Below are positions 1 to 9,825 of a stretch of 64,000 bases of DNA, piece after piece (the first letter of the stretch is position 1; each line of letters starts with the position of its first letter). The notes beneath the pieces were generated by a model, which had not been told where the DNA came from, made no database searches, and saw nothing but the letters and a program-made list of their open reading frames with translations. The stretch comes from Setoptus koraiensis. Taxonomy: Eukaryota > Animalia > Arthropoda. The translations under genes were made by a program, and so were the position numbers. The stretch is taken from positions 15,376,001 to 15,440,000 of the forward strand of contig CM106585.1 in NCBI GenBank assembly GCA_048013815.1, written 5' to 3'.

Positions 1-6
1 CATCCG

Positions 7-2241
7 ATGTCCCTATTAGCTCAGCATCAGCATCAGAATAGCTTGCAATCAACTATGCCAGGCATGACAATACAACATCGACACCATTATCATCACCATC
101 ATCATCAACCAAATAATTTGACCAATTCCTCCTCTGTTACAGATAGTAACAACCAACATGTCAACAACAATTCCTCTAATCATGTTGATATTACATCATT
201 CAATATTGTTTGTGCATTGAGAGCTAGTGCCAGTTATGACATTGTCAATTGTTATCATGACTTAAGCCAAAGACTTGCCATAGCCTTAGGCTTTGAAGAG
301 CGACGCTGTTCATATCTCACTAAAGAAGCCAGAGACATCGTAGCCACCTTGGATGAACAACAAATGGCCAAACTAGTTGACCAAGACCAACAGGATCAGC
401 TTGGCCAATGTCAATTAGGAAAGACAACAGTTACTTCACTTAATACTAATTCTGCCATAAAAGACAAACAATCCATTTTCAGTACTATTCTTCAAAGGAG
501 CCTCCTGGCTAAAGATCTAAAAAAAGTTTTCGAAGATTTAACCATCAAAGGAATTGTAGATCTTAGAATAAACAATTGGGTTCGTGTTAGTTTCTGTCTG
601 CCGCACAAAGTTCATCGTTTGAAATTGATCAATCACTTGGACATGCCAGCTATAGGACCAAAAGAGATACAAAATTGTCTCAACTATCTCAGGCCCTATC
701 ATGGTTTGTTACTATTACAAAAACCAAAGGATCTTTTGGAGTCGTTGCCCATCGATGCATCGCCCGCGTTTGTTCGTTTGATAAAGGTGACAAAACCGGA
801 AAAGAACTTTATGGATCTATCAGTCGATGCCAATCTTACATTGATGCAAATATTTTGCATTGTGTCACAACTGGTCTATTGGGCCAAAGCAACGATCATT
901 TATCCCATTTGTGATAGCAATGTATATGCCATACATCCGTTGGCATCTACAGGTATTAATTCAATGTTGGTTGAGGAATTCAGACGCCGGTTCCCTTGTA
1001 ACAAACCTCTACATCATTACTTGGCAGAATTTTCGTTAGGTACATCACTTAGTCAATTGAATAGGCCACTATTAGAGGTGGAGGAAAGATTGAATTTGTT
1101 GAATATTGTAACATGGTTGCTTCAATGTCGCATCCTATCGCAAATACATAAATATATTTTTCTGGTTGCTGGCGAAGATTCTTCCATACATTTGCGTCAA
1201 GAAACAATTAATAACAGTCCGAGGAAAACTAACCAGCAGAGTAGTCTCATTGAGAGTAATACCATCAGCGCTAGTACTGGCACAAATCTTGCCTTCGACA
1301 TTATTTACGAGCAACCCACTGATGTGATGGGGGCAACCGGAAATTCAACATTAAATAGTAGTAGTCAGTTGTATATTAATAGTAGTAATAACAATAATAG
1401 TAGTAGCAACACCAATAGTAATTTAAGCAACACCAATAGTAACTTAAGCAACAATAGTTACTCGTCCCCTAAAATGCAACCCAGTAGTAATGTTTTGAAT
1501 AATAGTGGAGGCTTTTTGGTCAAGAGTACTCAACTCACGTCAAACAACAAAATCATCAACAATGATATCACTACACAGGTTATTGGTGAAACAACAAACT
1601 CAACTACTACGTCCACCAATGGAGCTAGAGCAATTCCTCATGCCAATGCAACGAGCGGGTCTGTGGGTCTATCTAATAGTATAAATAACTATGAGGGCTC
1701 ACAATATATGGTGACCAGGAGCCCATTCTCTGATAGTTCCGAGTTTGTTAGGCGAGCTAGAACAGACAGTTATGCCTACTCTAATGAAGATAGTAATTTT
1801 GGTCTTAATTCGTCGCTTTCGTCAACGCCAAACTCAAACATTGAATCAACTTCGCCAATGAATAGTGAGCTGCAATCCCGTTCAACTATGAACAATCAGC
1901 CTTCTATTGTTGCAAGCAGTGGTCTACTTTACGAATCTGTTTTGGATCAAACAATACCAGAATTGGATATGGCCTCACTGTTGCGCGCCGGTCTGACACA
2001 AACAGAGTCCAAAAATATCCTGTCTGTTCCAGCGAGTAAAAATAGCGAAGATCTCAGGCTACTCATAAGGTTGTTACCGTATTTCGACGGCAGGCATCAT
2101 ATCGAAGATATAATGTTCTTCGAGAATCTAAAAAGATCCCAAATACTGATTTTGTGTGATAAATTTCGTGAGGTTCTGTTCACCTGTCACTACGAGGATG
2201 TGGCCGTAGATCAGCTTAGCCCGTACAATAAACTTTGCTAG
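7..2241 (+). CDS. NPRL3: GATOR1 complex subunit NPRL3 (probably 5'-truncated by the window edge), intronless over this span
   Basis: FNIVCALRASA...YHDLSQRLAIALGFEERRCSYLTKEA and C-terminal LRLLIRLLPYFDGRHHIEDIMFFENLKRSQILILCDKFREVL match NPRL3 motifs recalled from human (HEERRCQYLTREA; YFRGRHHLEEIMYNEN). The frame is open to position 1, so the true start is probably upstream. Confidence 0.92.
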   Translation: MSLLAQHQHQNSLQSTMPGMTIQHRHHYHHHHHQPNNLTNSSSVTDSNNQHVNNNSSNHVDITSFNIVCALRASASYDIVNCYHDLSQRLAIALGFEERRCSYLTKEARDIVATLDEQQMAKLVDQDQQDQLGQCQLGKTTVTSLNTNSAIKDKQSIFSTILQRSLLAKDLKKVFEDLTIKGIVDLRINNWVRVSFCLPHKVHRLKLINHLDMPAIGPKEIQNCLNYLRPYHGLLLLQKPKDLLESLPIDASPAFVRLIKVTKPEKNFMDLSVDANLTLMQIFCIVSQLVYWAKATIIYPICDSNVYAIHPLASTGINSMLVEEFRRRFPCNKPLHHYLAEFSLGTSLSQLNRPLLEVEERLNLLNIVTWLLQCRILSQIHKYIFLVAGEDSSIHLRQETINNSPRKTNQQSSLIESNTISASTGTNLAFDIIYEQPTDVMGATGNSTLNSSSQLYINSSNNNNSSSNTNSNLSNTNSNLSNNSYSSPKMQPSSNVLNNSGGFLVKSTQLTSNNKIINNDITTQVIGETTNSTTTSTNGARAIPHANATSGSVGLSNSINNYEGSQYMVTRSPFSDSSEFVRRARTDSYAYSNEDSNFGLNSSLSSTPNSNIESTSPMNSELQSRSTMNNQPSIVASSGLLYESVLDQTIPELDMASLLRAGLTQTESKNILSVPASKNSEDLRLLIRLLPYFDGRHHIEDIMFFENLKRSQILILCDKFREVLFTCHYEDVAVDQLSPYNKLC

Positions 2242-2620
2242 ACAAGCGACGTTTTCATATATTTTTGTCTCTGAATTTTAAAGGTTCGTTTTTTTTTGTT
2301 TATCATAAGACCGTTGAATAGTCTTCCAAAAGCTTACGTCATCACGGAGGTAGTTGATTCACAAACAACTGTGCCTATTTTGTTCAATAGAGTTCCCTAA
2401 GGAATTTCGTCAACTTTCATCAAGTTTGCAAAAGAGCTGTGGTTTGAATAGTAAAAAATCAATAAATTTGTAATAGATTGGCGATGAACAGCGGTTATCT
2501 TGAGATACTCAGGTTTCATTTCAGTAGCACCATGATATTAACTCACTAATCAAGATAGGTGAACTGCTAAATATTGAGCAGATCACTGAAATCAAATTTA
2601 GCATGAGAACTATATATTGA

Positions 2621-2660
2621 TTGTAATGATACTCATTATTCGAGATGAGTATCATTACAA
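2621..2660. repeat. Perfect 16-bp inverted repeat (hairpin) with 8-nt loop
   Basis: TTGTAATGATACTCAT (2621-2636) and ATGAGTATCATTACAA (2645-2660) are exact reverse complements. Confidence 0.9.
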
Positions 2661-2835
2661 ATTAAATAGATTCATTACTAGAATCAGTCAATACGGCACC
2701 ATGAGTGATGGGTATTTATATGCATGCCCCGGCCAAGGAGCATTCAGATCATTTCTTGCAACTTCTAAGCAAGAAGTTTCTCGTATTTGTTACTAACAAT
2801 TCATATGTCAGTATCCTAAGTACGAAATCATCGAG

Positions 2836-3090
2836 ATGAGTCGTATTGGTTGTCTGGTTATAGGCCTTTTGATTTCCATCGTGTTGGCAGAGGGAATGTT
2901 TACTGCACCGCGTGATATTCCAAAACATTCAAGCGATGATCCTCAACAAGAGTGCCCAGAAGATGAAGAGGGAAGAGGTATGGTAGAACGTAGACCATAC
3001 GGGATCATGAAATACCCGAGAGCCCATTTCCCCGATTTTGACGCTGTTAGATGGTGGAAAAAGTTAACAGATGAAGACGACTATTTTTAA
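2836..3090 (+). CDS. Small putative secreted orphan peptide (84 aa)
   Basis: ATG ORF with a signal-peptide-like N-terminus (MSRIGCLVIGLLISIVLAEG) and a charged mature part. No family recognised. Confidence 0.6.
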   Translation: MSRIGCLVIGLLISIVLAEGMFTAPRDIPKHSSDDPQQECPEDEEGRGMVERRPYGIMKYPRAHFPDFDAVRWWKKLTDEDDYF

Positions 3091-3545
3091 GAAACGGTCT
3101 CGTAGATTTGGAAAAGGTAAAAGGAAGAATAGGGAAATGGGAAAATATCACTAAATATCATATCATGATAGTACTGAAATGGGACTTAACAACCTTGATG
3201 GCCGAGGCGAGCGAAGTTATAGTTATTGAACGGATTCGTCGTGAAATCAAACTTAGCATGGGGGCTCTGTATGTATTGAGAATCATTATTCAAGATGAAT
3301 GGAGAGGTAAAAATTGAACAGATTCATCATATATTACACCGTCTAAGCGAGATGTTTCTTTCATGATTCTATCTAGACCAAGAAGCTTGTCCGAAATTTT
3401 TCGGCGACTGACATAACTTATTTGTAGACTGTAGTAACAATATTACTCCGTGTTAACTTTATTTTTTTTTTTTATTTTAATTGTTAATTGTTGAAGAGTC
3501 AGCCAATAGATTACATAATCACGAAATAACAGATGATTTCAGTTG

Positions 3546-5153
3546 TCAGAAATGTCGTGCAGAAGTGCTACGTTGATTTGTTTTGGCCAAAGTTGAAATT
3601 CTTCCATAAATTATTTCAATCAATAGAATCACTAAGGATATTAATAGACCATAGAGAAGCAGATTGAAAAATGATTCAAAATGACTCATAGACATCGCGC
3701 TATATGTAAATATGCTACTATCCTTGGATTTTCTGGTCACTTTCATAGATGATTTAGATTGCTGGTCGCGATATTGTTGATCAAATGATTCTTGTCCACC
3801 ATTGTTTGCCGTTTCGTTGTTGTAAAATCTAATATATGCCTCCTTTTGGGCTCGCAACCATCTCTGATAAACACCCGTCTCAAATATTTGCACAATGCCA
3901 TTCCTAAGCTTATACTCTAGCTCGCTATCTATCTCTTTTCTGTACATAATTGAAATGGGAAATTGAAGATATGTTGTCTTCGCAATATGCAAATCATAAT
4001 AATGTTTGTATGTGTCATAGATGGTTTCTATTAGTTCATCGTCGCCCAACAACACATAATAACGTTTAGATAGCGCATGAATAAACTCTCTCGTGTAAAC
4101 TTCCGGCCTTGGTATCAATTTGGTCATGTTATGCAACTTAATCATTCTGGCGTCTTTGCTCTTCTTCATTAGCTTATAAACAAAATCGTCGTGTCTTATT
4201 ACTGGCTGTGGCATATGTGGCTCTAATGCCAATAATTGATCTATGCTATCAATGTTTTGGTCGGCATTTATCAATATAACCGCCAACAATGAACCAGAGT
4301 ATATCGTTGCAATTATAATGCTAGCTGTCGACCAAATAAAACTCATGAAGCGGACGTAATTGCATTTTTGTCTAAAAACAAGCGTCACATACTCTATGCT
4401 AGGCTTGTTTAAGGCCAAAGTATAATAAACAAATATCATGGATTGCAAATTCGTAAGATAGCTGACTTTACTTTTCACCTCATCTTTTTGTTTAGATTTT
4501 GTTGCGCCACCTAGTTCAAATGAGGCCAACAATGACAATAATAGTATTGATAATAAGATACAAATCCACACTTTGTTGTGCACATTGGTGGCAAATGAAC
4601 TGCGTAAAACACTTCTAGCACTTCCCGTCAACATAACTAAATTGTGCTCAACGGCATAAAATGGGCCAAACTTTAAATAGGGCACCTCTTCGTCCCAGGC
4701 AAGAAAGTTGCCAAAAGCGATGTCGTAACTGTTGTTTGCCTCAATGGGATCTGTTAGGCCTGACACAATACCAGTCCAAGTGCCATTGACAAATTCCGTT
4801 CTGCCCGGTTTGCGCTTCTTAAATTGCAATCCAAGCTTGAGAAAGTTGGTTACCACTGTTATTCCTAATTGAATTTTAGAGCCACAAAATAATTGTTTAT
4901 CTCCGTCCAACTCGGCTTGCTTGATTCTGTCTGCCATGACAAGCAATTCCCTTTGAAAATCATTGTATGGCTCAAAATTCCTGGTAAATCTCAAATAGTA
5001 ATCGTTGTCAGCGACAATATCGGTGCTGTTTATGAGCTGGTTAAAAGATCTGATCTCGTCAGGTTTGAAGATGTAACAATCAAACCCGAAGGGAAGCAGC
5101 GCAGAGTCGGCCATCCTCATTCGCTGGATTCGTTGATCACTCGGGATGCGCAA
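3546..5153 (-). CDS. Divergent ionotropic receptor (IR / iGluR-like chemoreceptor); 5' end uncertain
   Basis: S1 motifs NGTWTGIVSGL and YDIAFGNFL; M1 (VWICILLSILLLSLL); M3 hallmark RFMSFIWSTASIIIATIYSGSLLAVI; S2 (YLQFPISIMYRK); M4 (FFNLLLYGLLISLVILLIEII). The ORF-track start is TTG and the first ATG is at 5120. Confidence 0.85.
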   Translation of the reverse strand: MRIPSDQRIQRMRMADSALLPFGFDCYIFKPDEIRSFNQLINSTDIVADNDYYLRFTRNFEPYNDFQRELLVMADRIKQAELDGDKQLFCGSKIQLGITVVTNFLKLGLQFKKRKPGRTEFVNGTWTGIVSGLTDPIEANNSYDIAFGNFLAWDEEVPYLKFGPFYAVEHNLVMLTGSARSVLRSSFATNVHNKVWICILLSILLLSLLASFELGGATKSKQKDEVKSKVSYLTNLQSMIFVYYTLALNKPSIEYVTLVFRQKCNYVRFMSFIWSTASIIIATIYSGSLLAVILINADQNIDSIDQLLALEPHMPQPVIRHDDFVYKLMKKSKDARMIKLHNMTKLIPRPEVYTREFIHALSKRYYVLLGDDELIETIYDTYKHYYDLHIAKTTYLQFPISIMYRKEIDSELEYKLRNGIVQIFETGVYQRWLRAQKEAYIRFYNNETANNGGQESFDQQYRDQQSKSSMKVTRKSKDSSIFTYSAMSMSHFESFFNLLLYGLLISLVILLIEIIYGRISTLAKTNQRSTSARHF

Positions 5154-5971
5154 ATTATCTTTATTATCTCTTTATAATAGATATAATGGGTTATCCTCTG
5201 TATAATGATAACATAATAACCATGATAACAAGGCAAACAAAATATGTTTCGATTAATATAATTGAATATGTAACTGTTTGCAATGCAAACAAAATGCAAG
5301 GTTTTGACCCCAAATCAAGCTGAAATTTTATCATTTTTCCTGTACATCCTGAATTGACAAACGGTCTACATGAAGGCCTCATCGTCAATTGAAGCGTACG
5401 AAGTTTTTCCGATGGATTGTACTAGAGAATTGTCTCATACGCATAGGCTATCTATGGTCAAGATATGACTGACAACCGGCAATTATTCCGTGAATATCGA
5501 CAGCGATGATCGATGTTATGCATTTGTAGACTCAAATGGCACGGATGCGACATTTGAGCATCTCCGTCGCATAACTCATTATATCGGGAGGTATGGCAAA
5601 TTGGCACGACGAAAAACAGAGCTAGGAACCGACATTAATTATAAGATATCGCAGCCTCTAAACTATCGATAGAGCTCCACCAACTTATTTTCCACCAAAC
5701 ACCTCTCCGGTGAGTGTAACTAAAATGAGCATTGATCCACCGCCCCACATCCGCACACTATCCGTCATGCAAGCAAACAAGCTATTCTTAGAACAATAAT
5801 TCAGATTAGATTCTCAAAAATTGGTGGATTTTTCAGTATTTAAGTAGGTTGAACACGATAGCGAACAGAAAACCAACTCCAAATTGACACAAGTTGTCGA
5901 AGAACTAAATAAATGAATACTAACCAACTTCTTCAGAAAAAGCAGAGTATAAAACTTTTAGAAATCTAAAT

Positions 5972-6253
5972 ATGAGATCCCCATTAAACAAATTTCTTTT
6001 TCTTGCCATCCTGGGAGTTTTTGTAATCCTTCTGGTGTGCTTAAGTATGAGTACAGAGGGCGCACTCAGCCAGGAAGAGGCATCTAAGTTGAAGGACCAA
6101 ATCCAAGGAATGCGTATCGAGCAAATGAATTGGTATAAACTTTTGATTAGAAGTGACATGGCTGAACTAGATGATTTAGCTGCTGCAGCTCAACGACAAA
6201 TCAAAGCATTGGATATTAAGATGAAAGAAGCGACCGATCGCTTAGAAGAATAG
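5972..6253 (+). CDS. Small secreted helical/coiled-coil orphan protein, copy 1 (93 aa)
   Basis: Signal peptide of about 30 aa (MRSPLNKFLFLAILGVFVILLVCLSMSTEG) plus an amphipathic helical mature part. The ORF is conserved in the adjacent paralog. Putative 127-nt 5'-UTR intron at 5710-5836. Confidence 0.75.
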   Translation: MRSPLNKFLFLAILGVFVILLVCLSMSTEGALSQEEASKLKDQIQGMRIEQMNWYKLLIRSDMAELDDLAAAAQRQIKALDIKMKEATDRLEE

Positions 6254-6895
6254 CTGGACTCAATGGCTCGTATATTTGCTTGATGATGAACATGATTTTT
6301 CAAGTTAAATCAGTCGACAGTGGATTCATAGTTAAAGTCAAATTCATGGTCTAAATGGGAGAATCAGTTTTACTAATTTGAATCATGTCTTTCATGGCTT
6401 CTTTTGGTTTGGTTTTAAACAAATCGAATTAAAACCAGATAACACCGGTTTGATTCCAATCAAGCCGATAAAAACTGTTAAAACTGTTGTCTGAATAACA
6501 ATCTTAATCGTATTTTTATTGATTAAAACCACCGTTTTCAATCAAATGATTTCAATCAGAAAAATCTCCATTCTAGTTCGACCTGTTCGACCCCTCTGAA
6601 TTTTTCAACAACTCATTTTCAAGCAAAGCAAACTTTGGTGAGTGTAACTAACACGAGTATTGATCGACATTCCCACAGTCGTGTATTATCTATCGTGCAA
6701 GCAAATAAGCTATTCTTAGAACAACAATCCGGATTAGATTCTCAAAAATTGATGGATATTTCAGTATTTGAATGGAGTTAGCACGAAAGCGAAAAGAAAA
6801 CCAACTCCAAATTGAAACAAGACGTTTGCAGAGATTGAATGAACACTAACCAATTTCCAGCAAAAGCGGAGTATAAGACATCAAGGAATCCAAAT

Positions 6896-7180
6896 ATGAG
6901 ATCCCCATCTAACAGATTTCTTTCTTTTGCCATTCTGGGATTTTGTCTGATCTCTCTGGTGTGCTTAAGTATGGGTACAGAGGGCGCACTCAACGGGAAA
7001 GATGCATCCAAGTTAAAGGAGAAAGTTCAAGGAATGCGTAGGGAGCAAATTAATTGGTATAGACTTTTGGTGGCAAGCACGCAACATGGACAAGATGATA
7101 TAGCTGCTGTAGCTCAACGAAAAGTAGATGATTTGAATATCAAGATTAATGGAGTGATCGCTCGCTTACAAGAGGAGTAG
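6896..7180 (+). CDS. Small secreted helical/coiled-coil orphan protein, copy 2 (94 aa; in-frame upstream ATG at 6839)
   Basis: 53/93 aa identical to copy 1 by manual alignment. Putative 127-nt 5'-UTR intron at 6638-6764. Confidence 0.75.
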   Translation: MRSPSNRFLSFAILGFCLISLVCLSMGTEGALNGKDASKLKEKVQGMRREQINWYRLLVASTQHGQDDIAAVAQRKVDDLNIKINGVIARLQEE

Positions 7181-7999
7181 GTGGACTTTGCTAGATGATT
7201 TATCAAAAGTCACTCCATTAATACCATTAATAAAGCGACAGCTCAGAGAAATAACTGGTCTTCGTGGCACGTGAATTTGCTCGATGATGATTCTTTGTTT
7301 CAGATCAGTCGGCTGTGGATTCGTGGTTAAAGTCAAATTCGTGGTCTAAATTGTGTAATGGGTTTCATTGATTTGAATCATGTCCTTCAAGGGTTTTATT
7401 GGTTCGATCTTACACAAATCGAATTATAACCAGATAAACCAATTCAATTCCAATCAAGCCAAAGAAAACTGTCAAAACTGTATTTTAAATCACAATTTTA
7501 ATCGTGACCGTATTTCCATCGATTGCAACCACCGATTTAAATCAAATGATTCCAATCGGAGAAATCTCCTTTCTAGTTCTGCCTGCCTTCAAAGAATAAA
7601 CTCGTTCATTTAGAGTGCGGGCCCCAATCTTTCAACTCTAACCTCAGATAGACAGCAGTCGTTGGCGAATGATCGGAGGTAACTCGGTTTCCAACCAGTC
7701 CTGTGTTTATTTCAAAGACAGTACTACGCAGTACCTCCGAGATAAGGCATCCCCGGGATGTAAAACTACGCTTACTGTGAAAGCCAACGTGATGTATGTA
7801 TTTTTGCCGCAAATAACGATAGCAGAGGCGATTATTTTTAGAACTAAATATCACGTCTTTCACATCTGATAGAATGATAGCATCGTATGGTGCACCTTTC
7901 GAATACCTAGCACTTTGATGTTTTTGTTTTGGAATCGCTCTGCTCGTATGCACGAGAAGCGTATATATAAATTAATTAATACTTCAACAATTAGTCACA

Positions 8000-9825
8000 A
8001 TGAGAACTCCCTTCAGAATATCCATACTGTTGGCCACAGCTTTATGTCTGCTATCATTGCTTGTATCGACCGAATCTAAAAATGAGCTAGATAAACGGCC
8101 AAAGAGTTTGCGCTTAAAACTTCCCGAAATATTCAACTGGTCCAAATTCAAGGTGAGCTAACCTCATCTTTCCTCTAGTGTTTGCATAGAAATGAAGCGG
8201 TGAGTTGAATTTGATTGTACTGAACTCAAAGCAATGATTTTTTGTTTTCGTTTTCAACACATTTCTAGGAGTATTTCCATAAGGTTTATCCAAATGTACG
8301 GGACGAGCTTGCAAGACAGAAATTGTTTTTTATCAACGCGTTAAAAACGTTTGCTCACAATATCGGTTATAGGTGGGGGAAATCTAGTCATTTCCTCGGC
8401 ATAAATAGTTACTCTGACTGGACAATAAAAGAGGTGAAGAGTTTATACAATTTTCGGCATGACAAAAGCGAAAGCAACGGTAAAAACAAAAGTGAAGGTG
8501 ACGATGAAATTCTCGTTGAGGGCGCCAGTTTGGTCGATATCAAGCAGGAGCTGATGAGAATACTGGAAGAGAAACCTGAGGGTTATAAAATGATTGCTCA
8601 AGGATTGCAGATTAAAATGGACGAACTTGGTCGCCGAAATAAGAGATCAGCGACGAAAGTCGATGAAAGAGGCAAAGGTCGACGAAAACGAAACAGACAT
8701 TACAAAAAACATTTAGATGACAAGATCAATGAGTTTAGAGCCAACACGAACAAGCCAAGAGAAAGCGAAAAATACAAGCGTCGTGTGCCATCGACCAACC
8801 CGAATTATGAGCCAGTGGAGCTATTAAGTCAAGCCAATAGCGACGTTGCAAGCGGCTTGAATCCGTTGCCCGAAAATTACATTGAAATGCTTGAGAAGGT
8901 GCCGGGAGTTGTACAAGTTAGAGACAAATTTTCATCGCTGCTAAGCTGGTTCAATCAGGCACCAACTGATGATATTGATGGACTCGACACGATAGACGAA
9001 GAAGACGAAGAGAACGAATTTGAAGACGCACAAGATGGTGAGATGATTGGTGATAAAGTTTACCTGGATTATCGACAATCGGGTTGTTTAACCATACCTA
9101 GAAACCAGGACCAATGCGGTGCTTGTTATGCTTTTGCAGCAACCTCTCTGATGGAATGGATAAATTGCAATCAGACAGGTGTCTTAGTTCCATTCAGCGA
9201 ACAATATATGGTTGATTGTGGCAGTCATGTGGAACTTGATGGTTGCGATGGTGGCGATTATCACGGAATTCACAGATTCAACATGGATTGGGGAGTGGAA
9301 TTGTTAGCCAATTATCCTTTCATGGGAAGAGAAACTATGTGCCCTTACGGAGCCGATGAATGGGAAAAGGCAGGCTATAAGAGGCCGATATTGCTCGCAA
9401 ACAAGCAAGTGGACGATAGGACATTGTGGGCCCAGGCTCTTGAGCGTTCCGGTCCCGTCATGGTCTCCATAAATGTTCCATATGATTTTCATTTGTACAA
9501 TGGTGGTGTCCACGAAGGCGACAATTGTAGCGTAGAAGACGATGATCTACATGCGATGTTATTGGTGGGCCATGGCACTGAGGACGGCCAAGATTATTGG
9601 CTTATAAGGAACTCGCATGGTTTCGATTGGGGCGAGTCGGGCTATTTCAAGCTATCCAAAGATGCCGATGCAATTTGCTTTGACTTGGCACGTGAGCTCA
9701 CCTACGACTTTGTCAGTGAGCCATCGCCACTCAAAGAAATTCGAGACTCCACAGGTAAGAAAAAGAGACTGTCGCCATACGAATCAGAGGAGAAACTCTA
9801 CGCCGAAATTCTTCTACAGGGTTGA
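8000..9825 (+). CDS. Papain-family (C1A) cathepsin L-like cysteine protease, 2 exons (8000-8152, 8269-9825), 569 aa
   Basis: Exon 1 gives a signal peptide plus the start of the I29 prodomain. The phase-0 GTGAGC...TTCTAG intron joins WSKFK|EYFHKVY...ELARQKLFFIN. Catalytic Q/C (QDQCGACYAF, Cys 9124-9126), H (9550-9552) and N (9610-9612) are present. Confidence 0.9.

Larger units (their letters stand above)
5680..7590 (+). repeat. Diverged tandem duplication (about 5680-6590 and 6600-7590), each copy carrying a small secreted-protein gene
   Basis: Shared GGTGAGTGTAACTA (GT at 5710 and 6638), AAGCAAACAAGCTATTCTTAGAACAA-like blocks, paralogous ORFs, and shared 3' blocks (GTTAAAGTCAAATTC; AAATCTCC.TTCTAGTTC). 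Approximate boundaries. Confidence 0.9.

Noticed and set aside
2525-2545. miR-29/285-like seed (TAGCACCAT)
   Set aside because: Only the seed matches, and I could not build a convincing complementary 5' arm.
6350-6576. MITE-like foldback downstream of the secreted paralogs
   Set aside because: The terminal complementarity is weak (about 10/14 and 9/11 matches) in AT-rich DNA, with no target-site duplication identified.
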